Positions 1 through 13,631 are shown, counted from the first letter of the stretch. The stretch is 64,000 bases of DNA from Octopus vulgaris (GCA_951406725.2 OX597828.1:10168001-10232000); one strand, 5' to 3'. The notes: generated from the sequence alone by a model not told the origin. A program made the numbers and translations.

Positions 1-597
1 CGTAGTTTATTCATATACGCATACACACGTACCCTAACATATTCATGAGCGCTTTACTATACAAATCCGCTGAAACAATATACTCAAGGATATTTTTAAT
101 CGTTTCTTTCAAAATCGACACAAGTTATTAACCGAGTAAATGTAGTTTCTATGGACGCAACTACCATCTAATTAGACCTTGACAACTATTGTATTCCGAG
201 TATAAATATGATATCACCAACGGGTGAAAAATAAGTAGACACACGAGCGATAAGAACAAGACAAATGACCAAAAATTATACAATGATAACAAGGCAACAC
301 TAACGAGTGAAAAATACGTAAGCACATAATAAGAGACAAGCACGGGACAAAATACTACAGGAAGTCTAACCCCTACTCAGTTGTCGACTGATAATTACTC
401 CCTATTTCGAGCTTTCAACGACAATATAGGAAAATTTCATTCAACAGCTGCATCAAGAAATTTTTAAAATATACTATTTCTGGGGAGTTAGAGCTTCGAA
501 CAAACAAACAACGACAGGGTGGACATACTGAGTAAACAATCGACGAAGATAAACATTAAGGGCTTTTAGGACAAGACGCATGGTAATCGGTAACGCC

Positions 598-1135
598 TGC
601 GAGAAATTTTGAAAAGATATAGAATAATGACCCTTGGTGATAAACTATGGTCACCACACAATATATAATTTACGACGGAACCCGAAGCAACCGTCTCAGT
701 GCAACAATGTATCAGCTACTGAAAAAAACTGAAAGAATTAAAACTCTTCTCCTTGGAACGAAAGCAGGAAAGATACGCAGTGATATAAGGAAGGCCTTGT
801 ACCAAACTTTGGCATTGAAAGTTACACAAACAGCAGAACGGGGCTGTACTGCATAGTACCAAATATCACTGCATCTCCATCAAAATACAGGACGAGGTAC
901 TGCAACATCTTAGGTTTCAAGAGACCACAGTTCTTCAATATACTTCCAAAATGACTGACGGCCCTGCATAGTCCCAGATGCGCCTACCTCACGGCAGGAA
1001 ACTCACATGAGGGCAAAGGCACCAAACTCTCTCATTCAGCAAATGCTACATTTCGGAGGCGGTTTCAGACAATAATGTAGCACAGTCAACGGTGGGCCCC
1101 TAGCATGACGACGGCATGAAGCTGAAACAAAATAA
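598..1135 (+). mobile_element. Degenerate CR1/L2-like LINE 3' fragment
   Basis: Broken frames read ERYRI.. (about 611-627) and PSKYRTRYCNILGFKRPQFFNILPK...PDAPTSRQETHMRAKAPNSLIQQM (about 877-1045), resembling the C-terminus of CR1-group ORF2. Stops and an interruption are present. Confidence 0.5.
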
Positions 1136-1140
1136 AGATA

Positions 1141-1273
1141 CAAAAATAGGACGAATGCTGCCATTGATTAGCTCCAAGATGCCATCGCATCTAGCTATCT
1201 GCATCACATGATGGATCAAGCAACCACAGACTAGTTTCTGGGTATTTGCCCTTTATCAATGTGGTGTAGCCGG
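1141..1273. repeat. Partial, internally deleted direct copy of the left arm of the 1355-1907 palindrome
   Basis: aaaataggacgaatgctgcc..tgattagctccaaga..ccatcgc..ctagctat matches 1449-1508; ctagtttctgggtatttgccctttatcaatgtggtgtagccgg matches 1587-1630. Confidence 0.85.
1224..1264 (-). ncRNA. Minimal type-I hammerhead ribozyme, U3-A8 core variant
   Basis: Minus strand reads ccaca-TTGATAA-aggg caaata ccca-GAAAC TAGTC-tgtgg: 5-bp stem I (ccaca/tgtgg), ggg/ccc stem II, palindromic ACTAGT stem III, GUC cleavage triplet. Confidence 0.75.
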
Positions 1274-1582
1274 ACGCAGCGGGGTCGCTGTTGACTGTCT
1301 GTTCGAAAGTTTATATATTTTCAGTGGAACACATCCAATGGTTTTCAAAAATAGAAATATTATTATTTCTAAATCTCTCTCTAAAAGAGACTACGGCACC
1401 AGTACTGGTTATTAAGAGTTATCGCCAAGTTAACAGGGCAGTCCAGAAAAAATAGGACGAATGCTGCCGTTGATTAGCTCCAAGAGGCCATCGCCTCTAG
1501 CTAGCTATGTGACACAAACTTGTGTCCATTACAACCGTCGAACAGGGGAGGACATCAGCATCCCCATGCTGGTTAAAGCATT

Positions 1583-1620
1583 CCAGATTAGTTTCGGGAT
1601 ATTTGTTCCTTATCAATGTG
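1583..1620 (-). ncRNA. Hammerhead ribozyme motif (U3-A8), left arm, slightly decayed
   Basis: Minus strand: caca-TTGATAA-ggaa caaata tccc-GAAAC TAATC-tgg. Confidence 0.55.
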
Positions 1621-1646
1621 TAGTAGCCGGCTGCATTCGGCTACTA

Positions 1647-1686
1647 GACGTTGATAAGGGGTAAATATCCCGAAACTAGTCTGTAG
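1647..1686 (+). ncRNA. Hammerhead ribozyme motif (U3-A8), right arm
   Basis: gacg-TTGATAA-gggg taaata tccc-GAAAC TAGTC-tgtag: stem II 4 bp including a G-U pair, palindromic stem III, stem I acg/tgt. Confidence 0.7.
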
Positions 1687-1924
1687 ATACTTGAACTAGC
1701 ATGGGGAACCTGATGAGATCCTCTGTTCACCTGTCATAATGGACACAGGTTTGTGTGTCTCATAGCTAGCTACATGGCTTCTTGGAGCTAATCGACGGCA
1801 GCATTCGCCCTACTTATCTGGACTGCCATGTTAGCTTGGCGATAACTATTAATACCCAGTACTGCTGCCGTTGTCTCCTTTAGAGAGACTTAGAAATATT
1901 AATATTTATAATTATATATACATA

Positions 1925-3069
1925 CTAGCTGAAGGTGACCCGCTCTACGCGCGGGTAAGAGTGTGGTTGTTACTTTCTGTTGCTTCCTTTCAGCACGTAA
2001 AAAGCACCAACCGATCGCGATCGCTGCCAGCCCCCCTGGCACCTGTGCCGGCGGCATGAAAGCATCCACTACGCTCAGAGAGTGGTTGGCGTTAGGAAGG
2101 GCATCCATCTGTAGAAACACTGCCAGATCAGACTGGAACCTGGTGCAGCCTCCAGGCTTCCCAGACCCCGGTCAAACTGTTCAACCCGTGCTAGCACGGA
2201 AAACGGACGTTAAACGACGACGATAATGATGATGATGATGATGATTCTCCCTCTTTGTTTATCTCTACTTTCTCTCTCACTTTCCCACTCTGTTACTCTT
2301 CCTTTCTCTCGGACTCTCCCTCGCTTTCTCTTACTCTCTATCTTTATCTATCTCTCTCCCATTTATAAACAACAAAAGATCTTGAGTAAGTTGAGAAATA
2401 AAATATTTAGAAAGATCAATCATAAATATCAGGCAGTAACAACGGAAAGGTCTGCTTCAAGGCAGACAGCAAAACACTAACATTTAAAAGGGACAGACGA
2501 ACTTGCGAGCTGAATAAAAATAATAAAATATTGGAAACCAAAGTTTGAAGGGGTAGAATTTGAGGATAGTAGAGTCACCATGGCTGGCATTTCTTAACGA
2601 CGGACAGCAACGTATTGACAGTTTAACGGCTGGCGTAAAATTTTTGAACATGATGTAAGAGAAAATCCCTAAACACCAAGTTTTGAATTGATTCTTTCTC
2701 ACGACCGTAGACTCACCATGGCAAGCATTCAAAAGTTCTTCATCATGGACGGCAACACATTGACGATTAAAAGGCTGGCGCAAATTTTTTAGTTTGATGT
2801 AACAGAGAATTGCTAAACACCCGCTCCTTTAAATGTTAATCTTCTTCGAGCCCCATTTAGACCCCTTTTCACATTTTGGTTAATATAACCCGATTTCATT
2901 CGGGTCTACTGGGGCCACATTTTATGAGATGAGGAATTTTGTCCTAGAGGTCACGCCTTTCATTTGAGGAAAACAATAGTTGTCATGCAAACTTGCCAGC
3001 ACTTTTAACATAGGTGTGTATATTTTCAGCTCAACCGACCACATAATGCACACATTATATATATATAGG

Positions 3070-3119
<50 letters not shown>

Positions 3120-3906
3120 TGTGTGTGTGTCTGTGTGTGTGTGTTGGAGTCTCTCTCATACGTGAGCGTTGACGCGGAATTCGACTGTTAAGCAGGTAAC
3201 CTTGTCTTTGTTGAAATAGTTGTGAGCTGCTGGAGTTATTTCTCTGACGGGTAATAAGAATTTCCATATCCTCCGAGGAAACGAACTGTTGACCCAGACA
3301 ATTAGAATTAATTTTAATAAAAGCATCAAATTAAGAAAAAATAATAAAGTAGTAAAAAATGAAAATTTAGCACGAAAAATTTGCAGGGTTCTAAATAAAT
3401 GTTAAATTGTAATAGATACGAAAAACCTATGTTATCACCAGAACATGAACGCTCGTTGGTGTGTTCTATTTGTATTTGGTCGATCGGCGCGTTAACAGGT
3501 AGACAATAGAATGCGATGGCGATGGCGATGGCGATGGAATATTTGTTTCTCTCTATGAATGCAGACAGATACATAAGTGAAAGTTATGGGAAGGTAAGAA
3601 ATAGAGTCAGTGAAAATGTGCTGGGAAGAGAGGAAATAGCGAGAATGAGTTGAGGAAGACAGATACATTAAATAACGTGAGTGGAATTGTCAAAGTTATA
3701 AATGAAGGGGAGTTAGAAGGGAATGGAGGAAATAGCGTGAGTGAGGAAGATGGCCCCTAGAAACCACACCTTTTAAGATAGGGATTTCTAAGGTAACCCA
3801 CGGGCATCGTCACCTCATTTTACATGTCCTTGTAAATTTTGGAGCGAATCGGACGGGATGTAGTGGCATTGAAAGCGAGCCAAGCGGTAAAAATGCATTT
3901 CAGTTT

Positions 3907-3915
<9 letters not shown>
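1925..3915 (-). mobile_element. Non-autonomous Helitron-like element
   Basis: Minus-strand 3' end: hairpin acccgc..gcgggt (1938-1956), then CTAG (1925-1928), then T. The other end (3830-3915, gtaaattttggagcgaatcgg...gcatttcagttttatatata) resembles Lep1-type Helitron termini. Internal ~135-bp tandem duplication at about 2571-2677 / 2710-2822. The 5' boundary is approximate. Confidence 0.6.
1994..2244 (+). mobile_element. 5'-truncated SINE 3' half with (GAT)n tail, nested in the Helitron
   Basis: ggttggcgttaggaagggcatcc..gtagaaac motif followed by ggacgttaaacgacgacgat(gat)n tail. Confidence 0.65.
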
Positions 3916-3951
<36 letters not shown>

Positions 3952-4189
3952 TTTTATGTATGTGTGTGTGTATGTATGTAAATATCTATCTGTTTATTTG
4001 TGTATGTAATTGCCTGACCTCTAGTTTCTAGCCGATAAATATACACACTGGCGGTGCTACATCCTTTGGCGATATCCAGTGCTTTAGAACTGAGTTTCTT
4101 TAAGTCATGCTTTCTGAATATTTCTGCAAAACATGGAAAAGATTACGCATTTTAATGTAAGTTATGAACAAGCAAACTCACTACACAGA

Positions 4190-4246
<57 letters not shown>

Positions 4247-4639
4247 ACACAAACACACACACACACACAAACACACACATTCACATAAGCGTTTGTTAAG
4301 AAATTATATTTCGTACTGTAATTATTTTGTTAGCCAAAGCTAGGCTTGATCCAGTAGACCTATGATGAAAAGAAATTCAGCTGTGTGTAAATAAACAGGT
4401 CTTTCTATTATATATTCATGTTTTCATGCGTAATATATCTTAGAATACATATTTTAGTCCCCCAATTGAAACGTTATGCTGTAGTTTGAGCTTGACTTTG
4501 CGGATTTTTTCTACGGGTTCACTTACAAACACCTCTGACTCTTCAATGTATCGTATCTTTGATTCCCCTTATACATATGATAATTACAATCATATAATTT
4601 CAATAAATGTAGTGAGATTAATTAAGGGAAGGTTATACT

Positions 4640-5965
<1,326 letters not shown>

Positions 5966-6267
5966 TACATTACTGCCTGAGTGAATATTGGGGAAAGGAG
6001 AGCAAGTAGCTGAGGTCTGTGATATAAATAAATGTGTTGGAAGAAGGAAGGGGACAACTGAATTGATTTTCAATGTGACAACGTCACCGAGTGAAAAGAA
6101 TAAGTGGGAAGACGAGCCTAGGTTTCTAAATGTGATAAACTATATATGTTGGCGAGTATGTTTGTCTGTGTGTGATTGCACGTGTGTATATGTGTGTGTG
6201 CGTGCTTGTGTCTCTGGGCATGTTTCTGATTGTATGTGTGTGTGTATCTTTTATCTTTCTTTTATCA

Positions 6268-6660
6268 TTTACTTGTTTCAGTCATTTGACTGCGGCCATG
6301 CTGGAGCACCATATTTAGTCGAGCAAATCGACCCCGGAACTTATTCTTTGTAACCCCAGTACTTATTCTATCGGTCTCTTTTGCCGAACCGCTAGGTGAC
6401 GGGGACGTAAACACACCAGCATCAGTTGTCAAGCAATGCTAGGGGGACAAACACAGACATACAAACACACATACATATACATATATATACATATATACGA
6501 CAGGCTTCTTTCAGTTTCCGTCTACCAAATCCACTCACAAGCCATTGGTCGGCCCGGGGCTATAGCAGAAGACACTTGCCCAAGATGCCACACAGTGGGA
6601 CTGAACCCGGAACCACGTGGTTGGTTAGCAAGCTACTTACCACACAGCCACTCCTGCGCC
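6268..6660 (-). mobile_element. tRNA-derived SINE family A, full length
   Basis: Minus head ggcgcaggagtggctgtgtggtaag (A box) ... ggttcagtccc (B box), atcttgggcaagtg core, tail cagtcaaatgactgaaacaagtaaa. Many copies in the window. Confidence 0.9.
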
Positions 6661-6718
6661 TATGTATGTTTATATGTATGTTTATACATATTTCAGTTTT
6701 GACCATTGAACCCGGTCA

Positions 6719-6773
<55 letters not shown>

Positions 6774-6804
6774 CACACATACATATATATATATATATAT
6801 ATGA

Positions 6805-6877
6805 CTCTCTTTTAACTCTTTTAATTGTTTCAATCATTTGACTGCGGCCATGCTGGAGCACCGCCTTTAGTCGAGCA
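6805..6877 (-). mobile_element. SINE family A 3' fragment
   Basis: tcatttgactgcggccatgctggagcaccgcctttagtcgagca matches the tail of 6268-6660. Confidence 0.85.
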
Positions 6878-6902
6878 CATCTATAGATAGATATGTAGAT
6901 AA

Positions 6903-6954
<52 letters not shown>

Positions 6955-6980
6955 ATAGATGGATAGATAGATATGTTTGT

Positions 6981-7388
6981 GCGTGGGTGTGTGGTAAGAT
7001 GTTTCTTTTCCAGCCAAATGGTTCCGGATTCAGTTCTACTGTGTAATGCGTTGGGTGTCTTCCACTATAGCTTTCTATTGATCAAAGACTTGTGAGAGAA
7101 ATTTGTTTGTCGTTGATTAAAATATGCACGACGCATATGTTTGTATGTGTGCGCGTGTGAGTGCGTGAGTGTATTTATATATGGTTTTGTGTCTGCGTTG
7201 CTCCCCTGTCACCGTTTGACAACAGGTTTTCGTGTGCTTACGTCAAAGTAATTCAACGGTTAGGCAATAGAAACTGTTAACATAAAAACCAAGCCCAAGC
7301 AAAAGGTCGGAGTTGATTCGTTTCCCTAAAATTCTCTGAGGTGGTGCCCCAGGTGGCCGAAGTCTAATGACTAAAACCAGTAAAGTAA
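6981..7388 (+). mobile_element. Old SINE family A copy
   Basis: gtgtgtggtaagatg..ggttccggattcagttc..gtgtcttccactatag..tggccgaagtctaatgactaaaaccagtaaa. Confidence 0.7.
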
Positions 7389-7398
7389 GATATATATA

Positions 7399-8599
7399 CA
7401 GGGTGCGTAAGTTATTTGAGGACATAACATTTTTAGGTCATTGTTGCAATTTTTGTTAACTTTGTCTGATCTTTTTTTCAGAAAATAATATCGGCAGAAC
7501 CTCAGCTTAATGAAGAAATGAAGAGGTAGTCTGTTATTGGGATTATAAAGGCTGAGCATAGAGATTTAGAAATATCATGATTTTTAAAAGTTGCCAGGTC
7601 TTTAATCTACAAAGTTTGTAAGGAGCAAGAGACTGAAGATGGAAACGTATCACCAGTATACTTTTCTGTTCTAGGCAAAAGGCCCGAAATTTTAGGGGAG
7701 GGGCCCAGTCGATTAGATCTACCTCAGTACGTAACTGATACTTAATTTATCGAGCCCGAAAAGATGAAAGGCAAAGCCGACCTACGCGGAATTTGAACTC
7801 AGAACGTAAAGACAGACGAAATACGGTCAAGCATTTCGCCCGGTGTGCTAACGTTTCTGCCACTCGGTGCCTTCGAAAAATGCAGCAGAAGAAGATTTGA
7901 TTTGATTTTTCTCAAACGAGTAAAATTTCGACCAAGATCAAAAAGTTAACAGAAGAAACGACAGATTGTTGTGTGCAGATCCTTCAGAAGTTTCATGTGT
8001 TATGCATACAAAATTCCATGCAACTGTCATGGATTTAGGGGTTGTCAACAATGAACGACATGTGATGCCTCCTTACTTACTTCTTTCTACAAGGCGTTAG
8101 ATGTCCTGGAAGCAATTGTTAATCCCTCAATAGACAGTGTATACACTGCAAGTCCATATGTGTTTCTGTAATATTCTGTACTATCACACATGGCTCTAGT
8201 AACACAGGAATGAATGACTGAAAAATGTCATGATAACATTACCCCTAACGTTTGGGCTACTAATACCCCAGATCTCAATCCATTGGACAATTACATGTGG
8301 AGCGTTGTTGAGAGAGAGGCCAATGAACACGCCCGTAACACCAAAGATTCTTCGAGAGCTGCCATAGAGTAATATACAAAATGAACCAGGACTTCTAGAT
8401 TCCAGCATGTAGACGATTTAGATCTTATATAGAAACAATTGAGGAAGCTGAAGGTGGCTTTATTGAATAACATTATAAAAACTGTTTACTTTTATCCTCA
8501 TAGAATTTTTTTGATAAATAAAGCTATCTGTTTTTATATTTCTTTTGTTTTTATTTTTTTACAAACATAAATCCGTCCTCAAATATCTTACGCACCCTC
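7399..8599 (+). mobile_element. Tc1/mariner-superfamily (maT/DD37D-like) DNA transposon, decayed and internally deleted
   Basis: TIRs cagggtgcgtaagttatttgaggac / gtcctcaaatatcttacgcaccctc with TA on both sides. Frame fragment PDLNPLDNYMWSVVEREANEHARNTKDSSRAAI at about 8268-8366. Confidence 0.85.
7661..7873 (-). mobile_element. tRNA-derived SINE family B, nested in the transposon
   Basis: Minus head ggcagaaacgttagcacaccgggcgaaatgcttg..gagttcaaattccgc..ctttgcctttcatc, matching 22053-22287. Confidence 0.85.
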
Positions 8600-8760
8600 T
8601 ATATATATAAGTTACATATACGTGTTGATCTATATAAAATTCAGCACTTCTTTGTTGTCTGCACGTTTTGAATATTTCCTCATGCATACGCGTTGGATAC
8701 GCTGTTCTCTCTCTCTCTATATATATATATATATAAATATATATATATATAAATATATAT

Positions 8761-9087
8761 AATCTCTGGAAATTTAAATCTACACTACGGATTAATTCAT
8801 CTTCTCTGTGAAACTAATAAGCTTTTAAGAACCTGTGATAAGACTGTGCATCATCATTAAGGAACTTTGGAAATCTGCTTGCAACCTAAATCTGCCTTAA
8901 ATGAAATTATCTCCAATACTTCATGAGTATAGCCTCACCCACTAAGATGTTTGGAGAACTCATATGTATTTTAGCTGATGAGTACGGGACACTTTTATCT
9001 GCTGCAATTTTTGCAACTTGTAATAAAGCCTGTCTTTGTATGAAACAATTGTACTAAAAACTAATCCATTCTTGTTGCTGCTTTCTC

Positions 9088-9088
<1 letters not shown>
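8761..9088 (+). mobile_element. Penelope-like pseudo-LTR remnant inserted in (TA)n
   Basis: Unique ~330-bp block bounded by TA repeats on both sides and containing a hammerhead motif. Confidence 0.55.
8969..9059 (+). ncRNA. Type-I hammerhead ribozyme with extended stem II
   Basis: ttttag-CTGATGA(8975-8981)-gtacgggac...gtctttgtat-GAAAC aatt GTA(9051-9053)-ctaaaa: perfect 6-bp stem I, palindromic ACAATTGT stem III, GUA triplet. Confidence 0.85.
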
Positions 9089-9120
<32 letters not shown>

Positions 9121-9530
9121 CAAATCAGGTGTTTCTTCATGTGAATTGTTGTTATTTACCTTAATGCCAAATCAACCTTAATGGAGTTTTTTTTTTGTTT
9201 TTGTTTTTTTTTGCAGGTATTGTTTGCCCTGGATTATGCTATTCAATTTCAAATAAATGGGGAAAAGACAAGATGGTTTATTTCATTACATTGACAACAT
9301 TTGACTGCTATTTCTAACATGCCATCTTGCCCTCCAGAAATTCGTATATTGGACCCCTTTTCCGATTTTTCGGAAATGATGTATGATTGTGAATGCCTGT
9401 ATGCATATGTCAATGTATGATAAATTTTGTATGAAACTATGTCTATGATTTGAGTGAAACGTCTAACGATATGTGTTAGTATTTGAAATGAAATATTTGT
9501 GAGTGTGTGTATATGTATGAACTGATATAT

Positions 9531-10117
9531 CTTATTTCTTTATTGCCCACAAGGGGCTAAACATAGAGGGGACAAACAAGGATAGATAAAGGGATTAAGT
9601 CGATTACATCGACCCCAGTTCTTAAGTGGTACTTAATTTATCGACCCCGAAAGGATGAAAGGCAAAGTTGAGCACGGCGGAATTTGAACTCACAACGTAA
9701 CGGCAGACAATATACCTATTTCTTTATTACCCACAATGGGTTAAACACAGAGAGGGCAAACGAGGACAGACAAACGATTAAGTCGATTATATCGACCCCA
9801 GTTTGTAACTGGTACTTAATTTATCGACCCCGAAAGGATGAAAGGCAAAGTCGACCTCGGCGGAATTTGAACTCACAACGTAAAGGCAGACGAAATACCT
9901 ATTTCTATTTCTTTACTACCCACAAGGGGCTAAACACAGAGAGGACAGACAAACGAATTAAGTCGATTATATCGACCCCAGTGCGTAACTGGTACTTAAT
10001 TTATCGACCCCGAAAGGATGAAAGGTAAAGTCGACCTCGGCGGAATTTGATCTCAGAACGTAGCTGCAGACAAAATAGCGATAAGCATTTCACCCGGCGT
10101 GCTAAAGTTTCTGCCAG
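9531..10117 (-). mobile_element. Head-to-tail trimer of SINE family B
   Basis: Three units (9531-9714, 9715-9897, 9898-10117), each with atcgaccccag..tggtacttaatttatcgaccccgaaaggatgaaagg. Only the last retains the A-box head. Confidence 0.92.
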
Positions 10118-10472
10118 ATATCTGAATGCACGATCGAGTGTGCATGTATGCATGTTTGTATGTGTATATGCGCGCGCGCGTGTGTGTATGTGTGTGTTTA
10201 TACGTGCGTGTGTGTGAATTGATACTTAAGAAACTGTGTGACTGATACATCTAATGTGTTTAAATGCTACGAAGATCGAAAATGAGTGTGCGTGTATGAA
10301 ATATTATATCCGAAGGTATAATTGCGGGGCTGTGTATGAAATAATAAGTCTAAAATTGTCTCCATGCATGATCTAATATATCTGAAATCATGTATGTTTG
10401 TGTGTATGTATGTTTATGCTTGTGTGTGTGCGCGTTTGTGGGCGGGTATATGTGATCAGTGTGTATGTAAAC

Positions 10473-10511
<39 letters not shown>

Positions 10512-11057
10512 GATTTCTGTATCTACGCATGTATCGAAACATCTGCACTTGTTTATGTAAAGCTCTGTGTAAACTGATAAGCCTGAAGTTGTGTGACTTT
10601 CTATGAAATAATATGTCTGACGGAGAGCGGTGTTTAGTGTAAATAAGAGAGAAAAATGTGTGTTTGAGTGCCTCTAAGTGACCAGATAATTGTGAATGTA
10701 TTTAGATTACTATATAACTGTGTATGTAGATTACTGCTGAGACGAGAGAGAAAGTGAAACTAAGAAGCAGCGAGATTTATTTAAGGTAAAAGACAAAATG
10801 AAGAGATGCAAAGAGAAAAATAAGGAACTTATAGATTTGTTGTTATTGAGAATTATACCCCAGGTCATCCTCCATCGATTAGATATATATATTCAAAGGC
10901 ATCTCTGTAATGTCTGCCGTGTCCTATATGCAAACATTGAAATAATGTATATATAGTCTACATATATATATATAATATATAAGCGCGAGCGTACACACAC
11001 ACACACACACACAAACACAAGCACACACACACGCGCATACAACAATAAATATCTTGA

Positions 11058-11260
11058 ATCTTTACTAGTTCCAGCTATTTGATCATTAGACTGCTGCCAT
11101 GCTGGAGCACACCAATGAAGAATTTTAGTAGATCGAACCAAACTCCCTTTTAAAAAAATGTTGAAACCGGATATTTCTTCTCTTTTGGCAACCGCTAGGG
11201 TACAAGGATTTAAACACAACCAATGCAGGGCGAGCAAAGACATAGATAGACACAAACATA
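11058..11260 (-). mobile_element. Old SINE family A 3' half
   Basis: tcattagactgctgccatgctggagcac..ttttggcaaccgctag..aaacacaaccaatg. Confidence 0.65.
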
Positions 11261-11819
11261 AGAATATGACTACATTATCAAATCTATATATTTTGAAATT
11301 AAAAAGCAATAGGGAGGAATTTGATGGAGATTTATCTGCCATGCCTCTTCGCACTAGTGACTACATATGGGGTATATGTTTGGATTGAAGCTAAATTATG
11401 ATTGCTGTTTTTATAGATTACCCAAAGCTCAAATCCTAGTGAAGCAAATCTATGCTAAAATCATTCGATCGTTAGTCATCCCATTTCTTGAGGCGTATGT
11501 AGGAGTGTTTTAGCTAATGTGTCTTTCATTTTAAGCCTGTAGGGTGTGATTAAACGCAGATCTGGCCGATATATCTAGCGGGTTGATCAAACACGTAGAT
11601 GCTGCCTCGTAAGCTCAGATAGGGATTTGTGAATGATTGTGAAAGCTAACGTACGAGCGTTTGTATGAATGAGTAAGCAAGCATTATGCAACGCGAACTG
11701 ATTAGAAAACAACACAACGAGTGATAAAGAGGGTAGAGTGGTAAAAGTGAGGAAGAAAAATAACAGGGTTCGAGCAAAAGGGGGAAGGATGATAAACAAA
11801 GAGAGGTCATATGTGCGAG

Positions 11820-11873
11820 GGCAGCAGCAGCAGCAGTAGTAGTAGTAACAGCAGCAGCAGCAGCAATAGCAGC

Positions 11874-11932
<59 letters not shown>

Positions 11933-11966
11933 CGGCAGCAGTAGCATCAGTAGCAGCAGCAGTGGC

Positions 11967-11998
<32 letters not shown>

Positions 11999-12010
11999 CC
12001 GTAGTAGTAC

Positions 12011-12042
<32 letters not shown>

Positions 12043-12092
12043 AGCAGCAGTAGTAGTGAGCAGCAGTAGTAGCAGCAGCAGCAGAAGCAGCA
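11820..12092. repeat. (AGT)n/(AGC)n trinucleotide microsatellite
   Basis: Directly visible; it generates the poly-Ser and poly-Thr pseudo-ORFs. Confidence 0.95.
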
Positions 12093-12290
12093 TTTGATGT
12101 GGTGGTGGAGTAAACGCAATGGATACGTGAAGAGGATAACTTGAAGGGTATATAGAGTTATAGTGACTCGTATTATAATCGCTACGCTTGGGAAAAGCAA
12201 TGAGTTGAGGTAAAGGAGACAAGGGGATGGGTCAAAAAGTGAGATACAATACAGAAGAGGACAGCACCATCAATTAATCGAGTCAGGTTT

Positions 12291-12391
<101 letters not shown>

Positions 12392-13284
12392 TACTAATTA
12401 CAGACGTTGGGAAAGTAGTGAGAAAACAGCTAGGTGTAGGAGAGGAAATTTTGTTGGCGCATTGTTATCTTTTATCGAGCCGAACCATGATCAAACGCAC
12501 TCCAACTATGACCATCCCGTCTTTGTTTATATTAGAAATAATGCTGCCCTATGTATTTTGTTCTTTTTTTTTTTTTTTTTTTTTTTCAGAATTAAAAATA
12601 AAAGACGCGAAGTGATAAGGAAAGGACTACGGAAAGATAGACATCGATAATGAAAATGAAAGTGTTGCAGTGAAAAGGAAATAAAAGCTATTTGCTTTGT
12701 AAAATATAAAACAAACAATAATAAATAAACGGGACGGAACGACTATAGGGAGAGAAATGGAAGATTTCTGGACAAATTGTAGGCGAAAGAAATAAAAGCA
12801 GTTAACAGGAAGCATTAACTCGATAATACAAATACATATGATATTAGAAGTGAATAGAAGCTCTTGTAATACGTCATTGTTAAAGGCTGACAAAGAAGTG
12901 AGGCGTGCGGATCATTAATAACCGGGAAACAAAGGAAAGGGTGATGGGGGATAATGAAATACAAAGTAAGAAAGAAACAAACAGATAAATAGCAGCGAAA
13001 CGGATAGTGGGTTGATTTAAATAAATAATTTAGTAGATTGTCAGAAAATAATTGCGCCAACTTCCCTGTCATTTGGTTACATCAATTTCTATTTATATGT
13101 ATTTACGTGTGTTGTTGTATCTATTTTTTTTTTTTTAGTTATTTTCAGCATTTTATCTTTTGTCATAATTCTTGTTTATATTTTCTGTTTCTTTTGTTTA
13201 TGTCTTTGTAATGTTAAAGTCTTTATTTTTTTATCGCTAGTATCCATTATTATTTATTTAATATCAATTACATTCCGCATACTC

Positions 13285-13315
<31 letters not shown>

Positions 13316-13325
13316 TATTTATATG

Positions 13326-13384
<59 letters not shown>

Positions 13385-13395
13385 GTATATATATA

Positions 13396-13424
<29 letters not shown>

Positions 13425-13430
<6 letters not shown>

Positions 13431-13600
13431 TGAAAGAGAGAGAGAGAGATTCATACATATGTGTATACATAGATAATGCATGTATATGCATAAACACATG
13501 CATATGTGTATAAAGTGTGTGTGCCTGTGTATGCATATATATATATATATATATATATATGCATGTATGTTTGTCTACGTTTATGCGTATATATGCTATA

Positions 13601-13631
<31 letters not shown>

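Larger units (their letters stand above)
1355..1907. mobile_element. ~550-bp imperfect palindrome (fold-back element) with two divergent hammerhead motifs; probably Penelope-related and non-autonomous
   Basis: Arms pair from the centre (tagtagccgg 1621-1630 / tcggctacta 1637-1646) out to the termini (aaatattattatttctaaatctctctctaaaagagac / gtctcctttagagagacttagaaatattaatattt). Confidence 0.9.

Noticed and set aside
9531-10117. CRISPR-like regular repeats
   Set aside because: The units are SINE bodies without unique spacers, in a eukaryotic context with no cas genes.
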